Below are positions 30,971-41,271 of a DNA stretch of 64,000 nucleotides, piece by piece; position 1 is the stretch's first letter, and each line of letters opens with the position of its first letter. The notes under the pieces are model-generated. The model was not told the origin of the DNA and did no database searches. It was given only the letters and a program-made list of their open reading frames with translations. This DNA is from Candidatus Poribacteria bacterium (GTDB taxonomy: Bacteria > Poribacteria > WGA-4E > WGA-3G), in the NCBI GenBank assembly GCA_965214095.1, contig OZ243938.1:4576001-4640000 (forward strand). The letters run 5' to 3'. The position numbers and the translations under genes were made by a program.

Positions 30971-32347
30971 TTATTCTGCGATACAGTATAGATGATTAGT
31001 GCCACGCAGATATAATTCTGAACCAACGATTGCAGGTGATGCGTTAAAACTTTCGTCAAGGCGGTTTACTGCTAACACCTTAAGGGGCGGTCCATCTTCT
31101 AAAATTGCAACAGAACCGTTCCGGTCAGCAATATATATTCTACCAGCTGCTCCAACAATTGATGCATACACATTTGAGATTCCTTGAACCCTATGTGGAC
31201 CATAGATTACCTCTCCACTACTTATTTCAATAGCAGTGAGTATATTATCATTTCTTTTTAGGAAATAGATAATATTACCGCTCAGTAGTGCAGATGGCAC
31301 ATAGGGTGTATCTCTGTCATATTGCCAATCAACAGCCTCTGTTCCAGTAATATCACCAGAAGCGAGTTCAAGGTTTATGGATTGTATTGAGAATCCACCG
31401 TGTCCACTCATAACATAGACGTGTCCATTCTTATAGATGGGTGATGGAATAATATTTCTTGTTAAACCGCCACATTCCCAGACCAAATCACCATTTGTTA
31501 TATTGTAACTTCTGGTACGATTGGATGCAGGAACGATTACTTGTGAGATGCCGTTGTAATCAACAACGATTGGAGATGTCCATGTTGTTGGTTCATCCCT
31601 ATCCATCTTCCATATTTCATCACCTGTGTGCTTATTAAGAGCAATTATGAAAGATTGTCCTTCATGGTCTTGTAGAATAACGATTGTATCTCCATGGATA
31701 ATTGGACAACTACCCTCTCCGAAGGTGTTTCTCTTATTCATGATCCCAATATGTTTTTCCCACTTGATATTGCCTTTAAAATCTAAACAGTAAAGACCGC
31801 GTGAACCGAAATATGCATAGATATGTTCACCATCTGTCACAGGAGAATTAGATGCGAAACTTGCATCGTTATGTATACCTTCGTGGGGTTTTGATTGGTT
31901 CAATGTCTTTTGCCATTTAATGCTGCCATCACTTCGGTTTAACACAAGAAGGTCAAACTTGAATATAGGCAGGGGTCTATTTCTTCTCCTGCCTCGTCTC
32001 CTTTCAGGCTGAGAGTCATCCGTTGCGTCATCAGTTTCAGACATCTCAACTGGAACTGCAGTCTGAATAAATATCATATCTTCCCAGATAATTGGTGTTG
32101 CATGACCCATTCCAGGAATAGGTGCTTTCCAACGGACATTTTCAGATTCACTCCATTCTGTAGGCGGGTTTGCATTCACTGCTGCACCAGTTGTAAGAGG
32201 ACCACGCCAATGATGCCAGTTTTCTTGAAACTTATCCGTGCTTTCAGTCTTATCAACATGTTGATAAGCAATTGTGTTTGTCGTCCAGACTGTGATAACG
32301 GTTAACACACAGATACACATTATCAAAATTGCAATTCTTTTGTACAT
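30971..32347 (-). CDS. Secreted PQQ-binding-like beta-propeller protein, close paralogue of neighbour
   Basis: Shares WHHWRGP, SNSPVTDGEHIYAYFGSRGLYCLD and FGEGSCPIIH blocks with 29515-30933. Confidence 0.85.
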   Translation of the reverse strand: MYKRIAILIMCICVLTVITVWTTNTIAYQHVDKTESTDKFQENWHHWRGPLTTGAAVNANPPTEWSESENVRWKAPIPGMGHATPIIWEDMIFIQTAVPVEMSETDDATDDSQPERRRGRRRNRPLPIFKFDLLVLNRSDGSIKWQKTLNQSKPHEGIHNDASFASNSPVTDGEHIYAYFGSRGLYCLDFKGNIKWEKHIGIMNKRNTFGEGSCPIIHGDTIVILQDHEGQSFIIALNKHTGDEIWKMDRDEPTTWTSPIVVDYNGISQVIVPASNRTRSYNITNGDLVWECGGLTRNIIPSPIYKNGHVYVMSGHGGFSIQSINLELASGDITGTEAVDWQYDRDTPYVPSALLSGNIIYFLKRNDNILTAIEISSGEVIYGPHRVQGISNVYASIVGAAGRIYIADRNGSVAILEDGPPLKVLAVNRLDESFNASPAIVGSELYLRGTNHLYCIAE

Positions 32348-32384
32348 AATTATTCCTATTGTTAAGAATGGTTACAGTTTTACT

Positions 32385-32524
32385 TTATAGTGAAATGTAA
32401 AAATATGTGCACACTCTCTGGTAGATGTGGTTTCCGAACCGCATCTAAGCGACTGAACAAACACCGGTTCGGTTAGGAAACCGAACCTACCGTAGTGTGA
32501 AAATAATTATAGTTTTTACTATAA
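32385..32524. mobile_element. 140-bp MITE-like element (TTATAGT...ACTATAA ends) carrying an inverted REP pair
   Basis: Same TTATAGT..CACT / AGTG..ACTATAA ends as 13829; internal GGTAGATGTGGTTTCCGAACCGCATC and GGTTCGGTT-agga-AACCGAACC-TACC. Confidence 0.7.
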
Positions 32525-32606
32525 ATTGTTGCACCCATTGCGTATTATTTGATGGTTTTGATTCATCCACTGTATCAAGTTAACCTAAGCTGCTGCTTGC
32601 TTTCAA

Positions 32607-32630
32607 TCGGGGTTTCAAACCCCTCCAACA
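32607..32630. terminator. Short hairpin downstream of M16 gene (terminator or REP)
   Basis: GGGGTTT-c-AAACCCC. Confidence 0.35.
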
Positions 32631-32651
32631 AAGAATAGGTAGTAACTTCTG

Positions 32652-35600
32652 TTAGGTTAATATATCCTCAATAGCAAGGGGTTTCTCTAATTCTTGATTT
32701 TCCTCTTCAAGTTTTTCACGACTGGAGACAACACAGACAGCTGCATTATCAAGATTTTCCTCAAAAAGCTGTACAAGTGCGCGCTTCACTTCATCAGGTG
32801 TTGCCCTCCGAAGTTGTTTGTAACGTTCCTCTCGTATTTCTCTCGTTATGCCCCCGATGTGATGCCATTGCGCGTTACTTATTGCTTGACTTGGACGAAT
32901 TGGTTTTTCAGCATCTTTCGCCGATGAGATGATTGCATGGTCAATATCCGTTTGTGTCCATTCAACTTGCTTGATGTAGTCAATAGTCTGTTCAAACACA
33001 TTAATTGTTCGTGCTACATGCGGATCCCTGAACGAGGATTGATACAGTGCTCCATCAAAAGAACTATAAGAAAGTCCTGCACCGTAAGCATTACCTTTAA
33101 ATCGAATTTCACTCAATATGTAATCCATACGCACAAGATGTGTACCTATAGAGATCAAGATTGAATCTGGATGTGAATAGTGTGGTGCAGACATTACGTG
33201 TGCACAATGTGCAATCTGAATCGGTCCTGCTAAACCCTCACGTGTCGGAGTATCGTAGGGTTGAAATGCCATTGGGTCTGTATTGATTGCTTCATCTCGC
33301 ATAGAATCCAGCCATTCTCCAAGTTTAGTCCGTGTTGTTTGGTAAACAGAGTCAGTTCCGACAAACCCAGCAGTCACACGTTGACGATTTAGGAAGAAAT
33401 CACGGATCTCTTCTATATGACACATGAGATCAGCGTTTAGTTCGTCAAAACTGTTGAGTAAGGTTTCGCTTTGTCTGAGTTGTGGGAGACCGTATACAAT
33501 TTCTGAGAGATGTGCTTGTAATGAAAATCCACGGGCAGCATGGTGAATTGCTGTGTTTGAACCGTTTTGGACCATATCTGTGCGATATTTTGCGACAGTC
33601 TGTACCATTACGTCGAGAAGACGTTCTTTATCTCGTGGGTTCACAGAAAAGACTAAATCATGGAGGACATCAAGTGCAGCATCCATTTTGCCATCAAGTG
33701 CTTTAAGATGGAAGTATGCGTTTTGCAGTGAACGGTCTTGATCAAGTGCATGCGTACGAAATCCTACACCACAACTGATTCCGCCAGTAACTGCCGACTT
33801 TCGTCGTGCCAATTCCGTAAAGTCCATTTCTGCTGCACCGAGTTTACGAATAGCGTTCAAATACTGCGGCATATATGTCCAGAGGTGTTCCGGTAACCCG
33901 CGTATATCAAAATCCAAAACAAAATAGTTAACCCCGTTTGCAAAAACATCGCTTTTAAGAAAATCTTGTCCACCAACTTTTTCTACAGTAGTGGGTATAT
34001 GTTTCGGTTTATCGGGTAAATCCTTTATGCTGAGTTGTGGTAATTTCGCCAATGCTTCAGGTGGATTTGGTTCACCGTTCATGCGTTCCAATTCAGCGGC
34101 ATCAGCAGCAATCTTTAATACCTGATCATCGGTAAGTTGTGTTCTGATTTCCTTAGTTCGTTCTTCCAATTCAGCATCAAGTTTTTTCTGCATGTTTGGA
34201 TCTGGGTAAAGAACACTTGTCAATCGATGTGGATTATCAAGCAAACGTTCCTTAATCAGATCGTTAAAGATAGAGGGATTTTCTTCCCAACGTTTATGAA
34301 TAACAGCCAAACTCTCTCCCATTCTTAGGAAAGTATCCGAATCTTTATCATATATCCACGGTTCAATAACGCGGAACAGTATACGAAGTGGGAACATCGG
34401 GGCTACCTCTTGATAGTGATAAGTTGACTGTTGGAAAGCAGCCTCTACCAATTCACTATCAAAAGTGTTGTTTGCAAGTTCGGTGAGTGTGTCGGTTATA
34501 AGATTGGTGAAAGCTTCTGTTCGTTCCTTCTCACTACCTTTAATGCCGACATAGAATGAACTGTTTGGACCAATGGAACTTGCACCGGAATAAATAATAT
34601 CTGTTCCCAACTTTGAGTCGATAATTGCTTTCTTCAGCGGTGCAGCTTCATTACCGAAAAGTATCAGACTTAGAATATGGCACATGGCAACATCTTCTGG
34701 GTCAGTCGCATCACCGATGAGCCAACTCAGCATTAAGTACGTCTTCTCAGTCAACGACTCATCTGGTGCGACGGGGTATGTGTTAATTACAGATTGATGT
34801 GAATCCCATCTCGGTTGATGTGTGACATTTTTATTCAGCGGATTTAATGAGCCAGTAGTATTGTTTTTGGGTATATTGTCAAGTTTGTCAGAAAGGAATG
34901 CAAGATAGTCAGCTGTTGGAATATCTCCATAAAGAAAAAAGAAGCCATTACTTGGGTGGTAATAAGTTCCATGAAAGTCTTTCAGCTGCTGATATGTCAA
35001 GTCTGGAATTGCATCAGGGTCACCACCTGATTCTTTGGCATATAATGTGTCAGGCAATAGACGACTTGTCATGGATCGATATAATCTTGATTCTGGATCC
35101 GAGAAAACACCTTTCATTTCATTGTAGACAATGCCGGTAATCTTAATATCACCAGTGGGATTTTCTGGATCAACAGGTGCAAGATGGTGTCCTTCCCGTT
35201 TGAAAGTCTCCTCAGTCAGTAGCGGGTGAAAGACTGCATCAAAATAGACTTCTGCTAAGTTGAATAGGTCTTTCTTGACATTGCTCGCGACTGGATAATA
35301 GGTGTGGTCTGAACTTGTCATGGCGTTGATAAAGGTTGCCATACTCATCTTTATCATTTCAAAAAACGGTTCTTTGACAGGAAATTTCTGTGAACCAGCT
35401 AAGACTGCATGTTCCAGAATATGTGGAACACCAGTATCGTTTGTAGGTGGTGTGGGGAAATTAATAGAGAAGAGATTTTCTGAATCATCGGTATACAAAT
35501 GTAGTATACGTGCTCCACTGTTCGGATGTGTCAATTCTATAGTTACTGCACGTAGTTCATCAATCTGTGTGATGTTTTTAACCTCAAATCCGTGAAGTTG

Positions 35601-35681
35601 TTGACCTTTTTGTAGGTCAACGGGTGGGTGAGGTGTCCCACCCTTAGCAATCGCGAGTTTGGAATCCAATTTAACCTCCAT
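32652..35681 (-). CDS. M16C metallopeptidase (presequence protease/insulinase family)
   Basis: GVPHILEH inverted zinc motif, FINAMT, GIVYNEMKG, SGGDP, IRFKGNAYG, SFRDP. Confidence 0.92.
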   Translation of the reverse strand: MEVKLDSKLAIAKGGTPHPPVDLQKGQQLHGFEVKNITQIDELRAVTIELTHPNSGARILHLYTDDSENLFSINFPTPPTNDTGVPHILEHAVLAGSQKFPVKEPFFEMIKMSMATFINAMTSSDHTYYPVASNVKKDLFNLAEVYFDAVFHPLLTEETFKREGHHLAPVDPENPTGDIKITGIVYNEMKGVFSDPESRLYRSMTSRLLPDTLYAKESGGDPDAIPDLTYQQLKDFHGTYYHPSNGFFFLYGDIPTADYLAFLSDKLDNIPKNNTTGSLNPLNKNVTHQPRWDSHQSVINTYPVAPDESLTEKTYLMLSWLIGDATDPEDVAMCHILSLILFGNEAAPLKKAIIDSKLGTDIIYSGASSIGPNSSFYVGIKGSEKERTEAFTNLITDTLTELANNTFDSELVEAAFQQSTYHYQEVAPMFPLRILFRVIEPWIYDKDSDTFLRMGESLAVIHKRWEENPSIFNDLIKERLLDNPHRLTSVLYPDPNMQKKLDAELEERTKEIRTQLTDDQVLKIAADAAELERMNGEPNPPEALAKLPQLSIKDLPDKPKHIPTTVEKVGGQDFLKSDVFANGVNYFVLDFDIRGLPEHLWTYMPQYLNAIRKLGAAEMDFTELARRKSAVTGGISCGVGFRTHALDQDRSLQNAYFHLKALDGKMDAALDVLHDLVFSVNPRDKERLLDVMVQTVAKYRTDMVQNGSNTAIHHAARGFSLQAHLSEIVYGLPQLRQSETLLNSFDELNADLMCHIEEIRDFFLNRQRVTAGFVGTDSVYQTTRTKLGEWLDSMRDEAINTDPMAFQPYDTPTREGLAGPIQIAHCAHVMSAPHYSHPDSILISIGTHLVRMDYILSEIRFKGNAYGAGLSYSSFDGALYQSSFRDPHVARTINVFEQTIDYIKQVEWTQTDIDHAIISSAKDAEKPIRPSQAISNAQWHHIGGITREIREERYKQLRRATPDEVKRALVQLFEENLDNAAVCVVSSREKLEEENQELEKPLAIEDILT

Positions 35682-35693
35682 AATTTTGCATTC

Positions 35694-36998
35694 TTATTTT
35701 TTTGAAAGATCAGCGCACACAAGTTCTTCGCCGTTTCTTGCAAATACATGCTTATATGCATAAGCAGGATGTGCCCAAGTCACCCCTACTCCTCTGCGGT
35801 TCAATTGATCAACAGTCGGTTTAATTAATTTTGCACGACTGATGATATTTAGTCCTTCTGGTGATAGGACTGTGATGAGGAGTTCACCGCGTTCATTAAA
35901 CATCCAAATCTTGTCTTCATTTTGTGTTAAATGTATTGTACTCCACCGTGCTTTTGGCACAGCAGTAAGGTCTTCCCATATACGATCACCCGTTTCAGCC
36001 TTAATGCAACGGAGTTCTCCAAAACTGTCAACACCATATATATGATTCCCTATCCATACAGGTGTTGACATCGTAGTTTGAATGGCATCAGTATTTCTCT
36101 CATTTTCGCCTCTTCTATGCCAACCAAGTTCAAAATCCAATTTCTTGTTAGATAATTTCAATAGTGCTGCACCTTCATAGAAATTAGTGACGAACAGTTG
36201 ATTATTGTTATGAATTGGCGTTGCGACTCCTATCTCCCAATTTGTTGGTGGAATCGGATATTTCCAATGCAATTCACCTGTCTGCGGGTCAATAGCGGTT
36301 ACATTCCATCCTGTCCAACAAATTAAGACTCTTTTCCCTGCTTGTTCAATGATGATTGGTGCTGAATACGAAGCATTGTCCTCTAAGGCAGTCCACTTTT
36401 CTTCACCCGAAATTCTATCAAATGCAACAATACATGCCTCCGGTTTTCCACCTATTTGAACGATAAGAAGATTATCTTCTACAAGTGGAGCACATGCAAT
36501 TCCCCAGATTGGCATTTCAATGTTATATTCTGAATTAAGGTCTTTTTTCCATTTGATTTCACCAGTTGCTGCATCAAAACAGTGTAGATGTCCCATTGCC
36601 CCTAAGGCATAGGCAAGACCTTGATGTACTGTAACATTTGCTCGTGGTCCTACAGGATATTGAATCCTATAGATACAATCATACGTATAAGACCAGATTT
36701 CGTCACCATTTTGCCAATCAAAGCAGTGAACGCGTTCAACCTGTTTCGGTTTTGTCAGTCTGTCTGTAATATAAACGCGACCCTCTGCAACAGTTGGACC
36801 ACTGTACCCACTTCCTATAGGTACACTCCATTTTATAGGTATTTCCTCACCATCAAATTTCTCAATGATACCGGTTTCCTTCCATACGCCATCTCTGTTA
36901 GGACCTCGCCATTGGGGCCAATCATCAGCAGAAACATAGTAAAGATTTAAGGAAAAGACAGTAATGAAAACAGTAAGTAAAAGAGTAATGCGTTTCAT
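35694..36998 (-). CDS. Secreted PQQ-binding-like beta-propeller protein
   Basis: Signal peptide then DDWPQWRGPNRDG, GYSGP, TGEIKW, WAHPA; start reset to MKRITLLL. Confidence 0.85.
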   Translation of the reverse strand: MKRITLLLTVFITVFSLNLYYVSADDWPQWRGPNRDGVWKETGIIEKFDGEEIPIKWSVPIGSGYSGPTVAEGRVYITDRLTKPKQVERVHCFDWQNGDEIWSYTYDCIYRIQYPVGPRANVTVHQGLAYALGAMGHLHCFDAATGEIKWKKDLNSEYNIEMPIWGIACAPLVEDNLLIVQIGGKPEACIVAFDRISGEEKWTALEDNASYSAPIIIEQAGKRVLICWTGWNVTAIDPQTGELHWKYPIPPTNWEIGVATPIHNNNQLFVTNFYEGAALLKLSNKKLDFELGWHRRGENERNTDAIQTTMSTPVWIGNHIYGVDSFGELRCIKAETGDRIWEDLTAVPKARWSTIHLTQNEDKIWMFNERGELLITVLSPEGLNIISRAKLIKPTVDQLNRRGVGVTWAHPAYAYKHVFARNGEELVCADLSKK

Positions 36999-37179
36999 AA
37001 ATATGAATAAACTCCTTGATAAAATAACGATCTTTTCCAGAACATAATTATTGTTCGCGTTATATCTTTTTTTAATTTGGATTTGCTCAAGTCTTGCTAT
37101 TTTATATTTTTTCTCTTTCTTTGTCAATTGAAAATCAGAAATCCTAAAACTAAATCGCCCTGCTGACATCTTAAGTTTC

Positions 37180-37208
37180 TTGACAATAAAGTAATCAAGA
37201 GGTATAAT
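37180..37208 (+). promoter_or_regulatory. Perfect consensus sigma70 promoter of hen1-pnkp
   Basis: TTGACA-N17-TATAAT. Confidence 0.8.
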
Positions 37209-37250
37209 TTCAACATCAGTTCTTTATTCTTTAATCTTTTCCTTCAAGCA

Positions 37251-38636
37251 ATGTTATTAACAATCACCACATCTTATTCTCCTGCGACCGATCTTGGATA
37301 TCTATTACATAAACATCCTGACCGTCTACAGACTTTTGATCTTGCCTTCGGACGTGTCCATATCTTTTATCCTGAAGCGGACAACGAAAGATGTACAGCT
37401 GCATTGCTGCTTGATGTAGATTCAGTCGGACTTGTGCGGAGAGGCTATGGACAACATCGTGAGAATTTTGCGCTTGCTGAATACGTCAATGATCGTCCTT
37501 ATGTCGCATCTTCATTTATGAGTGTTGCGATTGCGAAGGTCTATAGCAGTGCATTGTCAGGTAAATGTAAAGACCGTCCCGATCTTGTTCAAACACCTAT
37601 TCCTTTAACTGCGAAGTTGTCTATACTACCTTGTCGTGGAGGCGATAAGTTCTTGAGACGATTGTTTGAACCGCTTGGATATTCTGTCATTTCTGAACGA
37701 CATATTTTAGACTCAAGTTTTCAAGAGTGGAGAGACAGTCGTTACTATACAGTCACACTTGAAAAACAGTGTTTGTTAAGCGAGATGTTAAGACATCTTT
37801 ATGTTTTAATTCCTGTACTTGATGATGAAAAGCACTACTGGGTTGCAGAAGCGGAGATAGAGAAACTCCTAAGACACGGAGAAGATTGGTTGTCCGAACA
37901 TCCAGAACAGGAAGCGATTGTCAGTCGTTATCTTAAACATCAACGTAGACTTACACGTCAGGCACTGACACAATTAGGTGATGATGCTGAAGAGGAAGAG
38001 ATTGCTGGACGTTGCGAAACAGAGATAGAAGAACATATTGGACTAAACGAAGTTAGACTAACAAAGACCACAGAGATTATCAAGGAGTCTGGAGCAAAAC
38101 GTGTTTTGGATTTAGGATGTGGTGAAGGAAAACTGTTACGAAAATTGATGCGAGACAAGCAGTTTGAAGAAGTCGTTGGCATGGATGTCTCACATCAATC
38201 GTTGAAAATCGCACAGCAACGATTGCATTATGATCGTTTATCAGAAAAGGAACAGGAACGACTGTCATTTATACAAGGATCGTTATGTTATCGGGATAGT
38301 CGTTTATCGGGATATGATGCTGCAGCTGTGATAGAGGTGATTGAACACTTAGATAAACCGCGCCTTGCTGCATTTGAACGTGTTGTATTTGAATATGCTT
38401 GTCCTAAAATGGTAGCATTGACAACACCTAATGTAGAATATAATGTCAAATTTGAGAACTTGCCAGCGGGTAAATTTCGGCATAGAGACCATCGTTTTGA
38501 ATGGACACGGCGTGAATTTGAATCTTGGGCATCGGATGTTGCCAAACGGTTTGGATATACTGTTATGTATTATCCTATCGGAGAAGAAGATTCCGTTGTT
38601 GGTTCACCTACCCAGATGGCGGTGTTTACGCAATAA
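37251..38636 (+). CDS. hen1: 3'-terminal RNA ribose 2'-O-methyltransferase Hen1
   Basis: MLLTIT..PATDLGYLLHKHPD, YVNDRPY, VLDLGCGEG, EVIEH, TTPN.EYN, RHRDHRFEWTR. Confidence 0.95.
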   Translation: MLLTITTSYSPATDLGYLLHKHPDRLQTFDLAFGRVHIFYPEADNERCTAALLLDVDSVGLVRRGYGQHRENFALAEYVNDRPYVASSFMSVAIAKVYSSALSGKCKDRPDLVQTPIPLTAKLSILPCRGGDKFLRRLFEPLGYSVISERHILDSSFQEWRDSRYYTVTLEKQCLLSEMLRHLYVLIPVLDDEKHYWVAEAEIEKLLRHGEDWLSEHPEQEAIVSRYLKHQRRLTRQALTQLGDDAEEEEIAGRCETEIEEHIGLNEVRLTKTTEIIKESGAKRVLDLGCGEGKLLRKLMRDKQFEEVVGMDVSHQSLKIAQQRLHYDRLSEKEQERLSFIQGSLCYRDSRLSGYDAAAVIEVIEHLDKPRLAAFERVVFEYACPKMVALTTPNVEYNVKFENLPAGKFRHRDHRFEWTRREFESWASDVAKRFGYTVMYYPIGEEDSVVGSPTQMAVFTQ

Positions 38637-38650
38637 ATAGAAATGAAATT

Positions 38651-41215
38651 ATGCAGATCAATATTCCAGATCAATCACTTGTAGTGCTTATTGGAGCATC
38701 AGGTTCGGGCAAATCAACTTTTGCTAAGAAGCACTTTAAACCGACAGAGATTCTTTCATCCGATTTCTGTAGAGGACTTGTTTCTGACGATGAAAATGAC
38801 CAAAATGCAACAAAAGATGCGTTTGAAGTTCTACATTACATTGCTGCCAAACGTCTTGCTGCAGGTAAGTTAACTGTCGTTGATGCAACCAATGTTCAGC
38901 ATGAGGCAAGGAAACCGTTGCTTGAATTGGCTCGGAAATATCACTATCTATCAGTTGCAATTGTCTTGAATATTCCTGCTAAATTCTGTCAGGAAAGAAA
39001 CGAAACCCGACCTGACCGAAATTTCAAACCGCATGTTGTTCGTAATCAGACAAGTCAACTCCGTAGATCATTACGTTCATTGAAACGCGAAGGGTTTCGG
39101 AACTTTCTATATGTTTTGTCTTCACCAGAGGAAGTTGAGTCTGCACAGATTGAACGTCAACCGATGTGGACAAATCGGATGGATGAAACTGGACCGTTTG
39201 ATATTATTGGTGATATACACGGTTGTTATGATGAGCTTGTTGAATTGCTGATGAGGCTTGGATATGAAGTAACTACAAAAGATGGTGATGTGCCTGTTAT
39301 CGTATCTCCACGGGATAGAAAAGTCCTATTTGTTGGTGATTATGTTGACCGAGGACCTAAAGTCGTTGAAGTGCTACGATTGGTTATGGAGATGCACAGA
39401 AATGGGATTGCCTTATGTGTGCCGGGGAATCATGATGTAAAACTAGCACGTGCTCTTAGAGGAAAAAACGTAGCACAGACACATGGTTTAGCAGAATCGC
39501 TTACGCAATTAGAAAATGAAACACCAGAATTTAGGGAGAAAGTTGGCGATTTCATAGAAGGATTGGTGAGTCACTATGTTTTGGATGAAGGTAAATTGGT
39601 TGTTGCACACGCGGGAATGAAGCAAGAATATCAAGGTCGTGCATCGGGACGTGTTCGTCAATTTGCTCTATATGGTGAGACTACTGGAGAAACAGATGAA
39701 TTCGGTTTGCCTATTAGATTGAATTGGGCAGAAGAGTATCGGGGACAAGCTACTGTTGTCTATGGTCATACATCGGTTGCAGAACCTGAATGGATGAATC
39801 GCACAATAAACATTGATACGGGTTGTGTTTACGGAGGCAAGTTAACTGCTTTACGTTATCCCGAAAAGGAATATGTTTCTGTTCCTGCAAAGAAGATATA
39901 TTATGAACCTGCTAAACCATTGAATGAAACAACGGAAGCAGAAAGGTCTAAAGGGAATCAGAAAGATGATGGTATCCTTGATATAAATGATGTAATAGGT
40001 AAGAGAATAATCAGCACACGCCTAAATCACAATGTTACAATTCGTGAAGAGAATACTATCAATGCCTTGGAAGTCATGAGTCGGTTTGCCATTGACCCGA
40101 AATGGTTAATCTATCTTCCACCGACTATGTCTCCGACTGAGACATCAACAAGAGAGGGTCTTCTTGAGCATCCTGCTGAAGGATTTACTTACTATCGCAA
40201 TCAAGGAGTTTCCAAAGTTGTATGGCAAGAGAAACACATGGGTTCGCGTGCAATTGTTATTGTATGTAAAGATCCGGAAGCTGCTCGTAAACGGTTTGGT
40301 GCATCAGGTGATACAATTGGTGTTTGTTATACACGTACTGGCAGACCATTTTTTGATGATGCTACAATGGAAAATGCCCTGCTAAGTTCCGTAAAGCAGG
40401 TAGTCGATGATGCAGGATTGTGGGAGACTTTGGACACAGATTGGCTTTGTCTTGATTGTGAGTTAATGCCGTGGTCAGTAAAAGCACAAGCATTATTACG
40501 TCAACAATATGCACCTGTCGGTACATCTGCGCGTGCTGCCTTGGCAGATGCAGTTGCATCATTAGAAACTACTGGTAATCGAGGTATTGAAGTTGAGGAG
40601 TTATTGGGTAGTTATCAGAAACGTTCAGATACTATAAGCGGGTATGTTGATGCATATCGGAAATATTGTTGGTCAGTGGATTCTGTATCTGACTTAAAAC
40701 TTGCGCCATTTCATCTATTGGCATCGGAAGGGAAAGTATATGTTGACAAGGATCATTTGTGGCACATGGAAATGCTTTCAAAATTATGTAATAGTTCCAA
40801 GAATAGTGTGATATTCAGCACATCCTATGGATTGGTTGATTTGAAAGACGAGAATAGTGTTAACTTGGCAATTCAACATTGGGAGGAACTTACTTCTCAA
40901 GGTGGGGAAGGTATTGTTATCAAACCCTTTGATTTTGTTGTGAAGGGTAAGCGTGGACTTGTACAACCTGCAGTAAAATGTCGTGGTAGAGAGTATCTAC
41001 GTATTATCTATGGACCTGAATATACGTTACAGAAGAATTTAGAGCGGCTTCGTGCAAGAGGATTATCGCACAAACGTTCCCTGGCAATCAGAGAATTTGC
41101 ATTAGGAGTGGAGGCACTTGAGCGATTTGTCAATCGTGAACCGTTGTCTAAAGTTCATGAATGTGTATTCGGAGTATTGGCACTTGAAAGTGAATCAGTT
41201 GACCCAAGGCTGTGA
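38651..41215 (+). CDS. pnkp: Polynucleotide kinase-phosphatase-ligase Pnkp
   Basis: P-loop GASGSGKST; metallophosphoesterase GDIHG/GDYVDRG/GNHD; ligase EKHMGSR, EGIVIKP, KCRGREYLRIIYG; DPRL end. Confidence 0.95.
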   Translation: MQINIPDQSLVVLIGASGSGKSTFAKKHFKPTEILSSDFCRGLVSDDENDQNATKDAFEVLHYIAAKRLAAGKLTVVDATNVQHEARKPLLELARKYHYLSVAIVLNIPAKFCQERNETRPDRNFKPHVVRNQTSQLRRSLRSLKREGFRNFLYVLSSPEEVESAQIERQPMWTNRMDETGPFDIIGDIHGCYDELVELLMRLGYEVTTKDGDVPVIVSPRDRKVLFVGDYVDRGPKVVEVLRLVMEMHRNGIALCVPGNHDVKLARALRGKNVAQTHGLAESLTQLENETPEFREKVGDFIEGLVSHYVLDEGKLVVAHAGMKQEYQGRASGRVRQFALYGETTGETDEFGLPIRLNWAEEYRGQATVVYGHTSVAEPEWMNRTINIDTGCVYGGKLTALRYPEKEYVSVPAKKIYYEPAKPLNETTEAERSKGNQKDDGILDINDVIGKRIISTRLNHNVTIREENTINALEVMSRFAIDPKWLIYLPPTMSPTETSTREGLLEHPAEGFTYYRNQGVSKVVWQEKHMGSRAIVIVCKDPEAARKRFGASGDTIGVCYTRTGRPFFDDATMENALLSSVKQVVDDAGLWETLDTDWLCLDCELMPWSVKAQALLRQQYAPVGTSARAALADAVASLETTGNRGIEVEELLGSYQKRSDTISGYVDAYRKYCWSVDSVSDLKLAPFHLLASEGKVYVDKDHLWHMEMLSKLCNSSKNSVIFSTSYGLVDLKDENSVNLAIQHWEELTSQGGEGIVIKPFDFVVKGKRGLVQPAVKCRGREYLRIIYGPEYTLQKNLERLRARGLSHKRSLAIREFALGVEALERFVNREPLSKVHECVFGVLALESESVDPRL

Positions 41216-41271
41216 AATATATTCCCATATTTTTATGAATTTTTGAAGATTCAGGGACAACAAACACTGAT

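Noticed and set aside
36999-37169. Extended start of PQQ-like gene
   Set aside because: The signal peptide begins at 36998; upstream is AT-rich divergent promoter DNA
38525-38650. Extended Pnkp start overlapping hen1
   Set aside because: Homology begins at MQINIPD (38651); the extension is read-through of another hen1 frame
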